Assembly: GCA_022072165.1 (NCBI GenBank)
Contig: JAJVIF010000001.1
Location: 1,258,598-1,322,597 of the forward strand
Source: a bacterium
GTDB lineage: Bacteria; JAJVIF01
DNA: 64,000 nt
Direction of reading: 5' to 3'
A program made the translations under genes and the position numbers. The notes below the pieces were generated by a model, which searched no databases, was not told the DNA's origin, and saw only the letters and a program-made list of their open reading frames with translations. Position 1 is the first letter of the stretch; the number at the start of each line of letters is the position of its first letter. Shown here piece by piece: positions 26,702 through 34,951 of the stretch.

Positions 26702-27726
26702 TGCCCTGGCTGTACCTGGCGCAGGCGTCCGGTGAAAACACCAGTCCGGAAAGTGCCCTGCTCAGCATTAACTGGAATCTGGTGCTGTTTAACCTGACCA
26801 CCCACAGCCTCCGGATTCTGCTGATTTTGGTGCTGACCACGGGCGGCTTGTGGCTCCTCCGACGCATCTTTCGCCGCCTCGGGCTCCGGGATAACGCGTT
26901 CGAGCTGAGCAAGGCCGATGATCGCGTACGTCGCACCAGCACGATCCTCCGACTGACCTACACCTTCATCCTTGTGGTCGCCTGGCTCATTTCGGGCCTG
27001 ACGATCCTGAGTCTGCTGGGCATCAACATCACACCTCTTCTTGCCGGTGCCGGGGTGGTCGGTATTGCTCTCGGCTTCGGTGCCCAGAGTCTGGTGCAGG
27101 ACATCATCGCCGGGCTCTTCATCCTCCTGGAAGAAAAAGTGAGGGTCGGGGATGTCCTACAGGTGAATGGTGTCACCGGGGTGGTGGAGCGGCTCGATTT
27201 GCGGACCCTGACCCTGCGGGACTTCAACGGCGATGCCCATTTCATACAGTGGGGCAAGCTGGACCGGGTGACCAATCTGACACTTCACTGGTCGCGGATG
27301 ATGATCGAAGTCAGCGCGCCGTATGACGCCGAGCCGGACCAGGTCATCACCGTACTGCAGGCGACCGCGCTGTCGCTCCATGATGATCCGGAATGGACCG
27401 ATTACTTTCTGGAAGAACCCCAGGTGCTCGGCATCACCAATCTGGCGGACTCCGCGATCGTCTATCGCATTACCTGCCGGGTCCGGGCCAGCTATCAGTG
27501 GACCCTCGCCCGGGAGTTACGGCGTCGTGTCTGGTATGGCTTCCGGGATGCAGGTCTGAGCTTTCCCTTCCCGCAACAAACTCAGTCCTTCGATGCCAGC
27601 ACCCCCCTGCGCATTCAGGTACTGGAGGGTGAGGCCGAAGGCCTGCTGGCACGTCCCACGCCCGCGCACGATGCCACGTCGCGTCCGGCACCGGTGGTCG
27701 ATCAGATTCCCGAAAGCGTGGACTAG
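26701..27726 (+). CDS. Mechanosensitive ion channel, MscS family
   Basis: TM3 pore helix GAGVVGIALGFGAQSLVQDIIAGLFILLE followed by a beta-domain VRVGDVLQVNGVTGVVERL. Confidence 0.8.
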   Translation: MPWLYLAQASGENTSPESALLSINWNLVLFNLTTHSLRILLILVLTTGGLWLLRRIFRRLGLRDNAFELSKADDRVRRTSTILRLTYTFILVVAWLISGLTILSLLGINITPLLAGAGVVGIALGFGAQSLVQDIIAGLFILLEEKVRVGDVLQVNGVTGVVERLDLRTLTLRDFNGDAHFIQWGKLDRVTNLTLHWSRMMIEVSAPYDAEPDQVITVLQATALSLHDDPEWTDYFLEEPQVLGITNLADSAIVYRITCRVRASYQWTLARELRRRVWYGFRDAGLSFPFPQQTQSFDASTPLRIQVLEGEAEGLLARPTPAHDATSRPAPVVDQIPESVD

Positions 27727-29105
27727 CGGATCTCGGAGTCCGAGAGCGAAAAGATGTCGGGTTCGTCACTGATGATTGGCGCTGCTTCGACGGGTAGCTT
27801 CAGACGGGACTGAGTGGTCCGGGAGACGGGGGACCATGAGGCCAGTCCACTACTTCCTGCCACGATGACTTCGTCCCAGCCATCGCCATCCATGTCACAG
27901 GCCCCGAGGGAAGCGACGCCCTCCAGGATGCCGGGTTGATGCAGTTCGAGCGCCACAGGCTCTGTCGCTGTTGGCATGGTCACCAGTGCCAGCCAGGTTT
28001 CGCTCCCCACGCGGAGGGCGAGGGCGAGTTGCGGTCCGGCAGCTCCGGGCAGCGCCCTGATCCAGGTAGCCCCCTTGAGTGCGGCATTCCAGGGGAAGGT
28101 CAGGTCCAGTGCCTGCTGCGGCTTGCCAGCTGCATCGAGCCGCAGGGTGGTCAGATGGGTTTTTGGCGGAGTCCCTTTAGGATCGGTCCAGAGAAAATGC
28201 ACACCCGGTGCGCGGGAGTCAGCGGGGAGGAGCGTGATGTCATTGCCTCGTCCCACTGGTGCGTTCTCGAAGAAGCCCTTGTCATTGAGTCGCTGGGCCC
28301 AGAGTTGCTGCCGGTAGCTCTCCTGCGGAAACGACCGCAGGCTCACGAGTTGCGGATTGCCGGTGCCCGTCAGATCGACAGTCTGCAGCGCGAGCATCGG
28401 AACTGGAGTCATCACCAGATCTGGCAGACGTGTCAGCATTCCGCCGCCGGTGGCATCCGCCCGGTACCGGAGCCAGGCATCGGGAGCGGCGGTCGAGCCG
28501 CCGGCATAGCCGCCGAACGATGCGATCACCAGGTCATTGCTGGTCGCGGACGGCAGGAGGCCGGGAAACTCTTTGATGTCCTTCGGGGCATCCTGCTGCA
28601 GGAGGACCTGGGGCGGGGAGTCGGCAAGATTCAGCACTGTCGTACGCATCATCACGGACCCGGCAGTTGGCTTGCGCCCAGAGTACGGCACCTGGGGCCC
28701 CGTGGAAGCCGGATCAAGGGTCACCTGACAGCGGACCAGGAGCTCATCGGCCCGGTCGCCGGTGAGGTCGCCGAGCAGCCAGCTCTCCGGTGTCCCTTCC
28801 AGCAAGAGCGGTGGAGCCAGCGCCCGGAAGCCCCCAGCGCTACCGGACATCCGGTGCACGGCCGTCGCACCGCCTCCAGTGCCCTGGCGTAACGTCCCTT
28901 TCAGGAGCACGAGACACTCGGACCCCGCCGGGGTCTGGCGCGATCTGACTGCCGCTGGAGTCCAGTTGAAATCGGCGTATTGCCCCCGAAAAACCGTGGT
29001 TTCTCCCGATGGGAGCACAGGAGTCCCGGGGTCGAGGACCTCGAACTGTGCACTGGCGGACTGCACCAGCAGCAACAGCAGCAGGAAAGGCAGCAATGGG
29101 CGCAT
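27723..29105 (-). CDS. Secreted FG-GAP/beta-propeller-like repeat protein
   Basis: Signal peptide and a DMDGDGWDEVIVAG integrin-alpha-type repeat. Confidence 0.45.
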   Translation of the reverse strand: MRPLLPFLLLLLLVQSASAQFEVLDPGTPVLPSGETTVFRGQYADFNWTPAAVRSRQTPAGSECLVLLKGTLRQGTGGGATAVHRMSGSAGGFRALAPPLLLEGTPESWLLGDLTGDRADELLVRCQVTLDPASTGPQVPYSGRKPTAGSVMMRTTVLNLADSPPQVLLQQDAPKDIKEFPGLLPSATSNDLVIASFGGYAGGSTAAPDAWLRYRADATGGGMLTRLPDLVMTPVPMLALQTVDLTGTGNPQLVSLRSFPQESYRQQLWAQRLNDKGFFENAPVGRGNDITLLPADSRAPGVHFLWTDPKGTPPKTHLTTLRLDAAGKPQQALDLTFPWNAALKGATWIRALPGAAGPQLALALRVGSETWLALVTMPTATEPVALELHQPGILEGVASLGACDMDGDGWDEVIVAGSSGLASWSPVSRTTQSRLKLPVEAAPIISDEPDIFSLSDSEIR

Positions 29106-29232
29106 GGAAGAAGCGTAGCACTCCCCGTGCCGGGAGAGTGGAGCCGGTGGGGCGGGTTTGTTATTATCCCGGCATCCCCGGGAGCACGCTCAAGCCTGCG
29201 CCGGGAGTCAGGACAAAGGAGCACCGCGAGAC

Positions 29233-29526
29233 GTGCCACGCAATGACTACGAAAGTGCCCTGGGCATGATTGAAACCAAAGGGCTGGTCGGCGCCATTGA
29301 AGCGGCTGACGCTATGGTGAAGGCGGCCCGGGTCACGCTGACCGGCAAAGAAACCATCGGCGGGGGGTATGTGACCGTCTTTGTCCGCGGCGAAGTCGGC
29401 GCGGTCCGGGCAGCCACCGATGCCGGAGCTGCGGCGGCGCAGCGGGTGGGCGAACTGGTGTCCGTCCATGTGATCCCGCGTCCGCACGACGAAGTGGAAA
29501 TGCTCCTCCCCCAGCCCAAGGGCTAG
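29233..29526 (+). CDS. BMC-H shell protein (Pfam00936-type hexamer)
   Basis: [32 protein letters not shown]...[46 protein letters not shown] start with AAGGAG 13 nt upstream. Confidence 0.9.
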   Translation: MPRNDYESALGMIETKGLVGAIEAADAMVKAARVTLTGKETIGGGYVTVFVRGEVGAVRAATDAGAAAAQRVGELVSVHVIPRPHDEVEMLLPQPKG

Positions 29527-29544
29527 GCGACGAAGGGACTCCTC

Positions 29545-30117
29545 ATGGCCACAGGACAGGGATCCCAGCCCATGGCGGCGCTGGGCCTCATTGAGACTAT
29601 CGGTGCCGTCGGTGGCATCGAAGCGGCGGATGCTGCGCTGAAAGCAGCCAGGGTCCGGCTGATTGGCAAGGAATACGCCGATGCCGGACTCCACCTGATC
29701 AAGCTGGTCGGCGAAGTAGCGGCGGTCCGTGCGGCGGTGGATGCTGGCGCGGCGGCGGCGCAGCGGGTCGGACAGCTCGCCGGGACCCATGTGATTCCCC
29801 GTCCCGACATCCAACTCGAAGCCTGGATGTTTGCTCCTACCGGCAGCCCCAAAGCGATGGCCTTTACTCGTGCTCCCGAACTTGGCCAGCGTGCCACCGG
29901 GAGTGGCGATGATGATGGGAGCACGGATGAAGCGCCGGCAGCCACTCCTGGCGTGCTCCCAGCAGACTTTGCCGAGCTCCCGGTCCGGGAACTCCGGGGC
30001 GTCGTCCGGACCTTGCCGGATTTCCCGCTCCAGGGACGGCAGGTCTCGACCGCCACCCGCGAACAGTTACTTGATGCCATCCGCGAATGGCAGGCACGTC
30101 CGGGCGCTGGGGGGTAA
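29545..30117 (+). CDS. BMC-H shell protein with a ~95-aa C-terminal extension
   Basis: Canonical BMC domain (AALGLIETIGAVGGIEAADAALKAARVRLIGKE...), then an acidic low-complexity linker and a predicted helical tail. Confidence 0.85.
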   Translation: MATGQGSQPMAALGLIETIGAVGGIEAADAALKAARVRLIGKEYADAGLHLIKLVGEVAAVRAAVDAGAAAAQRVGQLAGTHVIPRPDIQLEAWMFAPTGSPKAMAFTRAPELGQRATGSGDDDGSTDEAPAATPGVLPADFAELPVRELRGVVRTLPDFPLQGRQVSTATREQLLDAIREWQARPGAGG

Positions 30118-30120
30118 GCC

Positions 30121-31659
30121 ATGCCCCTGGACCGCGATCTCGCCTCGATGCAGGAAGTCCGCGATCTGGTCGGACGGGCGGTGGCCGCCCAGCAGCAGAT
30201 GATGGGGCTGGATCAGGCCGCGATTGACCGCATTGTCGAGGCGATGGCAGAAGCGGGATACCGGGCTTCCGCGCAGTTGGGACAGCTCGCCTGGGAAGAG
30301 ACCACCTACGGCAATCCGGGCGACAAGCGGGTCAAGAATGAGTTTGGATCCCGGTCCATCGGCGAAGCGATCCGGGGGATGCGGACCATCGGGTATCTCG
30401 GGGAGCAACCAGCCACCCGGATCCGGGAATTCGCCTGGCCCTATGGGGTCATCGGGGCCATCACTCCGACGACCAATCCCACCAGCACAATCATGTACAA
30501 GGCGATCATCGCCGTGAAGTCGGGCAACGCGCTGGTGGCGTCGCCGCATCCCCATGCGGTCCGCTCCAGTTGCGCCGCCATGGATGTCGTGGGCCGGGCC
30601 GCGGAAGCGGCGGGCCTCCCCAGTGGTGCACTCGGCTGTATCTCGCAGCCGACCATGGCGGGAACCCAGGAGTTGATGCGTCATCCGCAGGTCGATCTGA
30701 TCCTGGCGACCGGCGGCAAGGAGATGGTGAAGGCTGCCTATTCCTCAGGAAAGCCCGCTTATGGAGTCGGGCCGGGGAATGTCCCGGTCTATGTCGACCG
30801 GTCAGCGGATGTCGCCACCGCCGCCCAAAGAATTGTTCAGGGGAAAACCTTCGACTGGGGCACCCTCTGTTCGTCCGAGCAGTGCATCGTCGCGGATCGT
30901 CCCATCGCCGATGCCCTGCGGCGGGCACTGGAAGAAACGGGAGGCTACTTCCTCTCGCCGGAGCAAAAACGGGCGGTGGAGCAGGTCCTCATTGAGCCGA
31001 GCGGCCGGGTGAATGTGAAGCTGATCGGTCATCCTCCACAGGCCATCGCCGAGGCGGCAGGCTTTCGGGTGGAAAGCCAGGTCCGGGCGCTGATTGCGCC
31101 GATCGATGAAGTAGGGCGTCGCGAGCCCCTGTCGCTGGAAAAGCTGTCGCCGGTCCTGGCCTTTACGGTCCGGGAGGGCTGGGAAGCCGGCTGTCATACC
31201 TGCATCGACCTGCTGCATGTGGGAGGCGAGGGGCATACCCTGGGTCTCTACTGCCAGGATGAGCAAATCATCATGGAGTTCGGACTCAAAAAGCCGGTGT
31301 TCCGTATTTGTGTGAATACCCCCACGTCGATCGGTGCGGTGGGCGTCACGACCGGCCTCTTCCCGGCGATGACCCTCGGGTGTGGTGCCCCGGGGGGCAA
31401 CATCACGTCGGACAACATCGGCCCGCAGCATCTCTACAACAAGAAGCGTCTGGCGTTTCATTTGCGCGATGTCGCGCCAGCCGCCGCGCCGTCACCAACG
31501 GCGATGGCTCCAGGACGCCCTGGTCCAGGTGGGGGTTTCTCAGCGGTCACCGCCTGTTCGCCGCTGCATCCCACCGGATGCGACACCTCCAGCTTCCACG
31601 GGCTGACTGAGCGGGACATCGAAGCGATCCTCGCGCAGATGTCCGGCGGACGGCGCTAG
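30121..31659 (+). CDS. CoA-acylating aldehyde dehydrogenase (EutE/PduP-like) with a C-terminal encapsulation-peptide-like extension
   Basis: ALDH fold with catalytic Cys in the GTLCSSEQC context. A Pro/Ala/Gly-rich linker is followed by the amphipathic LTERDIEAILAQMSG at the C-terminus. Confidence 0.85.
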   Translation: MPLDRDLASMQEVRDLVGRAVAAQQQMMGLDQAAIDRIVEAMAEAGYRASAQLGQLAWEETTYGNPGDKRVKNEFGSRSIGEAIRGMRTIGYLGEQPATRIREFAWPYGVIGAITPTTNPTSTIMYKAIIAVKSGNALVASPHPHAVRSSCAAMDVVGRAAEAAGLPSGALGCISQPTMAGTQELMRHPQVDLILATGGKEMVKAAYSSGKPAYGVGPGNVPVYVDRSADVATAAQRIVQGKTFDWGTLCSSEQCIVADRPIADALRRALEETGGYFLSPEQKRAVEQVLIEPSGRVNVKLIGHPPQAIAEAAGFRVESQVRALIAPIDEVGRREPLSLEKLSPVLAFTVREGWEAGCHTCIDLLHVGGEGHTLGLYCQDEQIIMEFGLKKPVFRICVNTPTSIGAVGVTTGLFPAMTLGCGAPGGNITSDNIGPQHLYNKKRLAFHLRDVAPAAAPSPTAMAPGRPGPGGGFSAVTACSPLHPTGCDTSSFHGLTERDIEAILAQMSGGRR

Positions 31660-31672
31660 GGCACCGGGCTCT

Positions 31673-32329
31673 ATGGACCCGCTGCCCGGTATGCTGGAAC
31701 CGAAAGGCTCCTTCGATGCCTGGATGATGGTGAATGGAGCCTACTTAGGGGGTGGGTTCCTCGGACTGATCGCCCTCGTCATTCTCTCTATCGCGATTCT
31801 GAGCTTCCTTGAAATCCGACTCTCCCGGCGGGTGGATAGCAGGATGGAGTTCTATGCCCAGACGGTCGGGGAAGTGTTGAAATCAAAACTGATTGAAGGG
31901 CGCAGTCGCCACGGCACCCGGTACTACGTCCCCGTCATTGAGTATCAGTATCAGGTGGACGGCAAAACCTACAAGAGTCACCGCATTTACCCTGCGGAGT
32001 TCGGCGAGAGTGTCGATAAAGCCTGGGGCGAGCAGCTGGTCGCGAATTTTCCAGTCGGCCTACATTTCATGGTCTACTTCGACCCGGAGCGACCACGAGA
32101 CTGCGTGGTGATCCGCGACCCCTCCATGGTGAAGCGGTCTGTCACCGGCCACCTGGTCATGGGGATCCTGATGGTGATTACCGCTGTCTGGATCATCTGG
32201 GCGGTCTTCACCAAAATCCTGCCCGAGGCGGGGAAGCCGCTGCCGCAGGACTGGTATGGCGAGAATGTGCAGGTGGAATCCCCCTGGACCATGGAACCTG
32301 TGCCGCAAATCTTGCAGCCATCGCCCTGA
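31673..32329 (+). CDS. DUF3592-like membrane protein embedded in the BMC operon
   Basis: Two TM helices flank a beta-rich domain (YYVPVIEYQYQVDGKTYKS...VYFDPERP). Confidence 0.55.
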   Translation: MDPLPGMLEPKGSFDAWMMVNGAYLGGGFLGLIALVILSIAILSFLEIRLSRRVDSRMEFYAQTVGEVLKSKLIEGRSRHGTRYYVPVIEYQYQVDGKTYKSHRIYPAEFGESVDKAWGEQLVANFPVGLHFMVYFDPERPRDCVVIRDPSMVKRSVTGHLVMGILMVITAVWIIWAVFTKILPEAGKPLPQDWYGENVQVESPWTMEPVPQILQPSP

Positions 32330-32390
32330 ACAGGCATCATTCCCCCCAGACGCTGCGAGATCGCAGTCTGCAGTCTGAAAGGACCCCGCC

Positions 32391-32699
32391 ATGACCGCTC
32401 CGCATGAGACCGCCCTCGGACTGGTGGAAACCAAAGGACTCATCGCCGCCATCGAGGCGGCTGATGCGATGGTGAAGGCTGCGCGGGTGACCCTGGTCGG
32501 CAAAGAGAAAATTGGTGCGGGGTTTGTCACGGTCATGGTGCGCGGCGATGTCGGGGCGGTCCGGGCTGCCACAGATGCCGGGGCTGCCGCTGCGGATCGC
32601 GTAGGGCAGCTGGTGTCGGTGCATGTGATTCCGCGTCCGCATGGCGATGTTGAAGAGATCCTGCCGAATCACGGCCAGCCGCCTGCCCCAGCTAAATAG
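32391..32699 (+). CDS. BMC-H shell protein
   Basis: [77 protein letters not shown]. Confidence 0.9.
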   Translation: MTAPHETALGLVETKGLIAAIEAADAMVKAARVTLVGKEKIGAGFVTVMVRGDVGAVRAATDAGAAAADRVGQLVSVHVIPRPHGDVEEILPNHGQPPAPAK

Positions 32700-32701
32700 G
32701 G

Positions 32702-33556
32702 ATGCATGTAGCGACCCTTGGGTCTCCCTGGACAGGGTCAGCACCGCGCCGCAGGTGGCATGTATTCGCACTACTCCTAACCTGCCTCATCACTGGGCCA
32801 GTCAGCGCTGATCCCCTCCCCTTTCCCACCGCCGCAGAACTCGGTCGCACCATTGATCAGTTCAATGGTCCCTGCGGTCATGCCGATGGCGATGGTGTCC
32901 TCTCCGGCACACTCCTCCTGCTGGCCCCCTTGGGGCATCACTTCACTTTCACGGCCACCATCGTCGAGTGCGACTCTATGCAGCGTCGCCCACTGACTGA
33001 ACGGGAAGCGCTGTTTGAATGGCTGGGTGTGTATGACCAGCGTCGGGATGAAGCCTGGACCTGGCTCGCCGACGCGCTGCAATCGCAACCGCAACAGGTG
33101 GGGTCCACCCTGCGTCGTGGGGCACTGATCCTGTTGCTCCAGGAATCCCCGGAACGGGTCGCGCAAATGCGCCCACTGCTGCGTCAGCAGGCTGATCCCG
33201 CCACGATTCGGCTGGCCCTGACCATGGAGGGGGGGCAGTATCTGGACCCCTTCGCCCGAGGACTCGGTCGGGACCTGGATGCCACCGGCACGCTCTATCG
33301 CGCAGCATTTGCTGACCTTGGGATCCTTCCGCTGTGCGACAACTGCCCCTCAGAGCCGCGTGGCACTGATGTGGAACAAGCCTGGGCGTTTATGTTCCTT
33401 TCACTCCACCCGCGTCAGCAACCCCGGGAGCTGCCTGCTCGCCTGGCAGAGAGCTGGTACCGCCCCTATTTGCAGCAATACACCGACGGCTCACTGCTGG
33501 AGCGATCGCTGGCGGCCGTGGTACTCTGGCGGCTGCATCCGACGGAGTCACGCTAA
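32702..33556 (+). CDS. Hypothetical protein (284 aa) translationally coupled inside the BMC operon
   Basis: ATG 3 nt after the BMC-H stop; the next gene's ATG is 3 nt after its own stop. Hydrophobic N-terminal segment and a possible HEAT-like helical repeat region. No recognisable enzyme motif. Confidence 0.5.
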   Translation: MHVATLGSPWTGSAPRRRWHVFALLLTCLITGPVSADPLPFPTAAELGRTIDQFNGPCGHADGDGVLSGTLLLLAPLGHHFTFTATIVECDSMQRRPLTEREALFEWLGVYDQRRDEAWTWLADALQSQPQQVGSTLRRGALILLLQESPERVAQMRPLLRQQADPATIRLALTMEGGQYLDPFARGLGRDLDATGTLYRAAFADLGILPLCDNCPSEPRGTDVEQAWAFMFLSLHPRQQPRELPARLAESWYRPYLQQYTDGSLLERSLAAVVLWRLHPTESR

Positions 33557-33558
33557 CT

Positions 33559-34362
33559 ATGCCCACCTCGCCCTGCGCCTGTGTCGCCCCGCTTCCGGGC
33601 CTGCCGCCGATCCCAATTCGGCGGATACGGGCCTATGCCCAGCTTTCCCGTGAAGCGATGGACGCCCTCTTTGGTCGAGGGAGCACGCTGACAGTGCTCC
33701 GCGATTTGGGTGAGCGTCCGTTCTTTGTCGCGAATCAGCAGATTCGGCTCTGCGGGATCGATGGGAGCACACAGGCGATCTCGGTTGTCGGGCCGATTGC
33801 GGCTATGACAGAGATCGTGCTGAGTCCGCTGGTGGCTGCTGCTGCTCGACTCGCGCCGCCCGTGCGGGTGCCCGGCGATCAGGACGAAACCGATGGGGGC
33901 TGCCTGCGGGGACCGTCGGGGGATTACCACCTGGATGACGGCATCCTGGTGCTCCGGCCACATCTCGTGCTCCCAGCGCAGCTTGCCGCAGCGACTGGGA
34001 TGGCTCAGGGTGATGAAGTCGCGGTCTGGCTGCCAGGAAGCGCGCCAATCGTGCTCCCGCAGGTTCCGTGCATGCTCCGTGATGTCCGGGATCCGGAGAT
34101 GCGCGTGGATGCTGATCTCGCGAACCGGGTGCAAACGCCAGATGGGGCGACCGCCACCGTGCTCCCGCGCCTCAGCGAACCGGTTGCGCCTGGGATCGGG
34201 GGGGTGCATGCCCCGCTGCCGGTCATCACGGAGGCCGATATCGTCAGGGCACACCTCGCTGGCAAGACCCTTCGGGCGGATCAGGGGACCATCGTGACCC
34301 CTGCAGCACAGGAAGCGGACCGGCGGTACCATGTGCTCGTGCCCCCACCAGCGGGGCGGTAA
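33559..34362 (+). CDS. PduL-like phosphotransacylase (PTAC) homolog with diverged metal-site motifs
   Basis: Two-repeat PduL architecture with the LFG motif (AQLSREAMDALFG) and a V(V/L)GP block. The positions of the RHxH motifs read RAYAQ and RPHLV. Confidence 0.6.
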   Translation: MPTSPCACVAPLPGLPPIPIRRIRAYAQLSREAMDALFGRGSTLTVLRDLGERPFFVANQQIRLCGIDGSTQAISVVGPIAAMTEIVLSPLVAAAARLAPPVRVPGDQDETDGGCLRGPSGDYHLDDGILVLRPHLVLPAQLAAATGMAQGDEVAVWLPGSAPIVLPQVPCMLRDVRDPEMRVDADLANRVQTPDGATATVLPRLSEPVAPGIGGVHAPLPVITEADIVRAHLAGKTLRADQGTIVTPAAQEADRRYHVLVPPPAGR

Positions 34363-34387
34363 TCAGGGATCACAGGGAGGCAGTCGC

Positions 34388-34720
34388 ATGTTTCTGGGAC
34401 GCGTGGTGGGGTCAGTCTGGGCCACCAAGAAGACCGAAAGCCTTGAGGGCCTCCGGCTGCTGATCGTGCAACCATTTGATTTGCGGCTCGACCCCAACAC
34501 CGCAGTAGTCGTCGCTGCCGACACTATCGGCGCAGGCGTGGATGAAGTCGTCATCGTCGCCTATGGACGGGCGGCACGGCTGGCGACCGGCAATGTCAAT
34601 GCCGCGTTGGAAGCGGCGGTCGTCGGGATTGTCGATGCGGTGGACCTCCAGCGCCTGGAAGGTGCTCCAGAACTCTCTGCGGCAGCGCAGTCCTTCCTCG
34701 CTCCTCGCTCCCGGAGCTGA
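34388..34720 (+). CDS. BMC-P vertex protein (EutN/CcmL/PduN family)
   Basis: MFLGRVVGSVWATKKTESLEGLRLLIVQP...DTIGAGVDEVVIVAYGRAAR. GGGAGG RBS 9 nt upstream. Confidence 0.8.
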   Translation: MFLGRVVGSVWATKKTESLEGLRLLIVQPFDLRLDPNTAVVVAADTIGAGVDEVVIVAYGRAARLATGNVNAALEAAVVGIVDAVDLQRLEGAPELSAAAQSFLAPRSRS

Positions 34721-34737
34721 GCATCTCCCCCTTCCCT

Positions 34738-34753
34738 TGACTGATTTCAGTCA
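34738..34753. promoter_or_regulatory. Perfect 7-bp inverted repeat TGACTGA-TT-TCAGTCA between the BMC operon and padR
   Basis: Read directly; candidate operator. Coordinates are +/-1. Confidence 0.3.
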
Positions 34754-34786
34754 GGGCTGCGAGGGCAACCTCTAGAGGCTGCGAAA

Positions 34787-34809
34787 GAGGACCGCGAGGT
34801 CCTTTTTTT
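34787..34809 (+). terminator. Rho-independent terminator downstream of the BMC operon
   Basis: GGACC-gcga-GGTCC stem-loop followed by TTTTTTT. Confidence 0.6.
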
Positions 34810-34951
34810 ATGAGATCAGCATCTGGACTTATACCGTTCAAAATGAACTAGTGGTGCGCTACGAAAGCGCTTGTCATTGTGTGCTTTTCAGGGTACAAAG
34901 GAGGTGCTCCGCCCATTAGACACGTCGTAAGTTATCAGGGTCCGTACATCA

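Noticed and set aside
29164-30122. Two minus-strand ORFs (216 aa and 199 aa) over the first two BMC-H genes
   Set aside because: Shadow frames. The plus-strand translations are canonical BMC shell domains.
33553-34332. 259-aa minus-strand ORF across the PduL-like gene
   Set aside because: Shadow frame. The plus-strand reading has PduL motifs and operon coupling.
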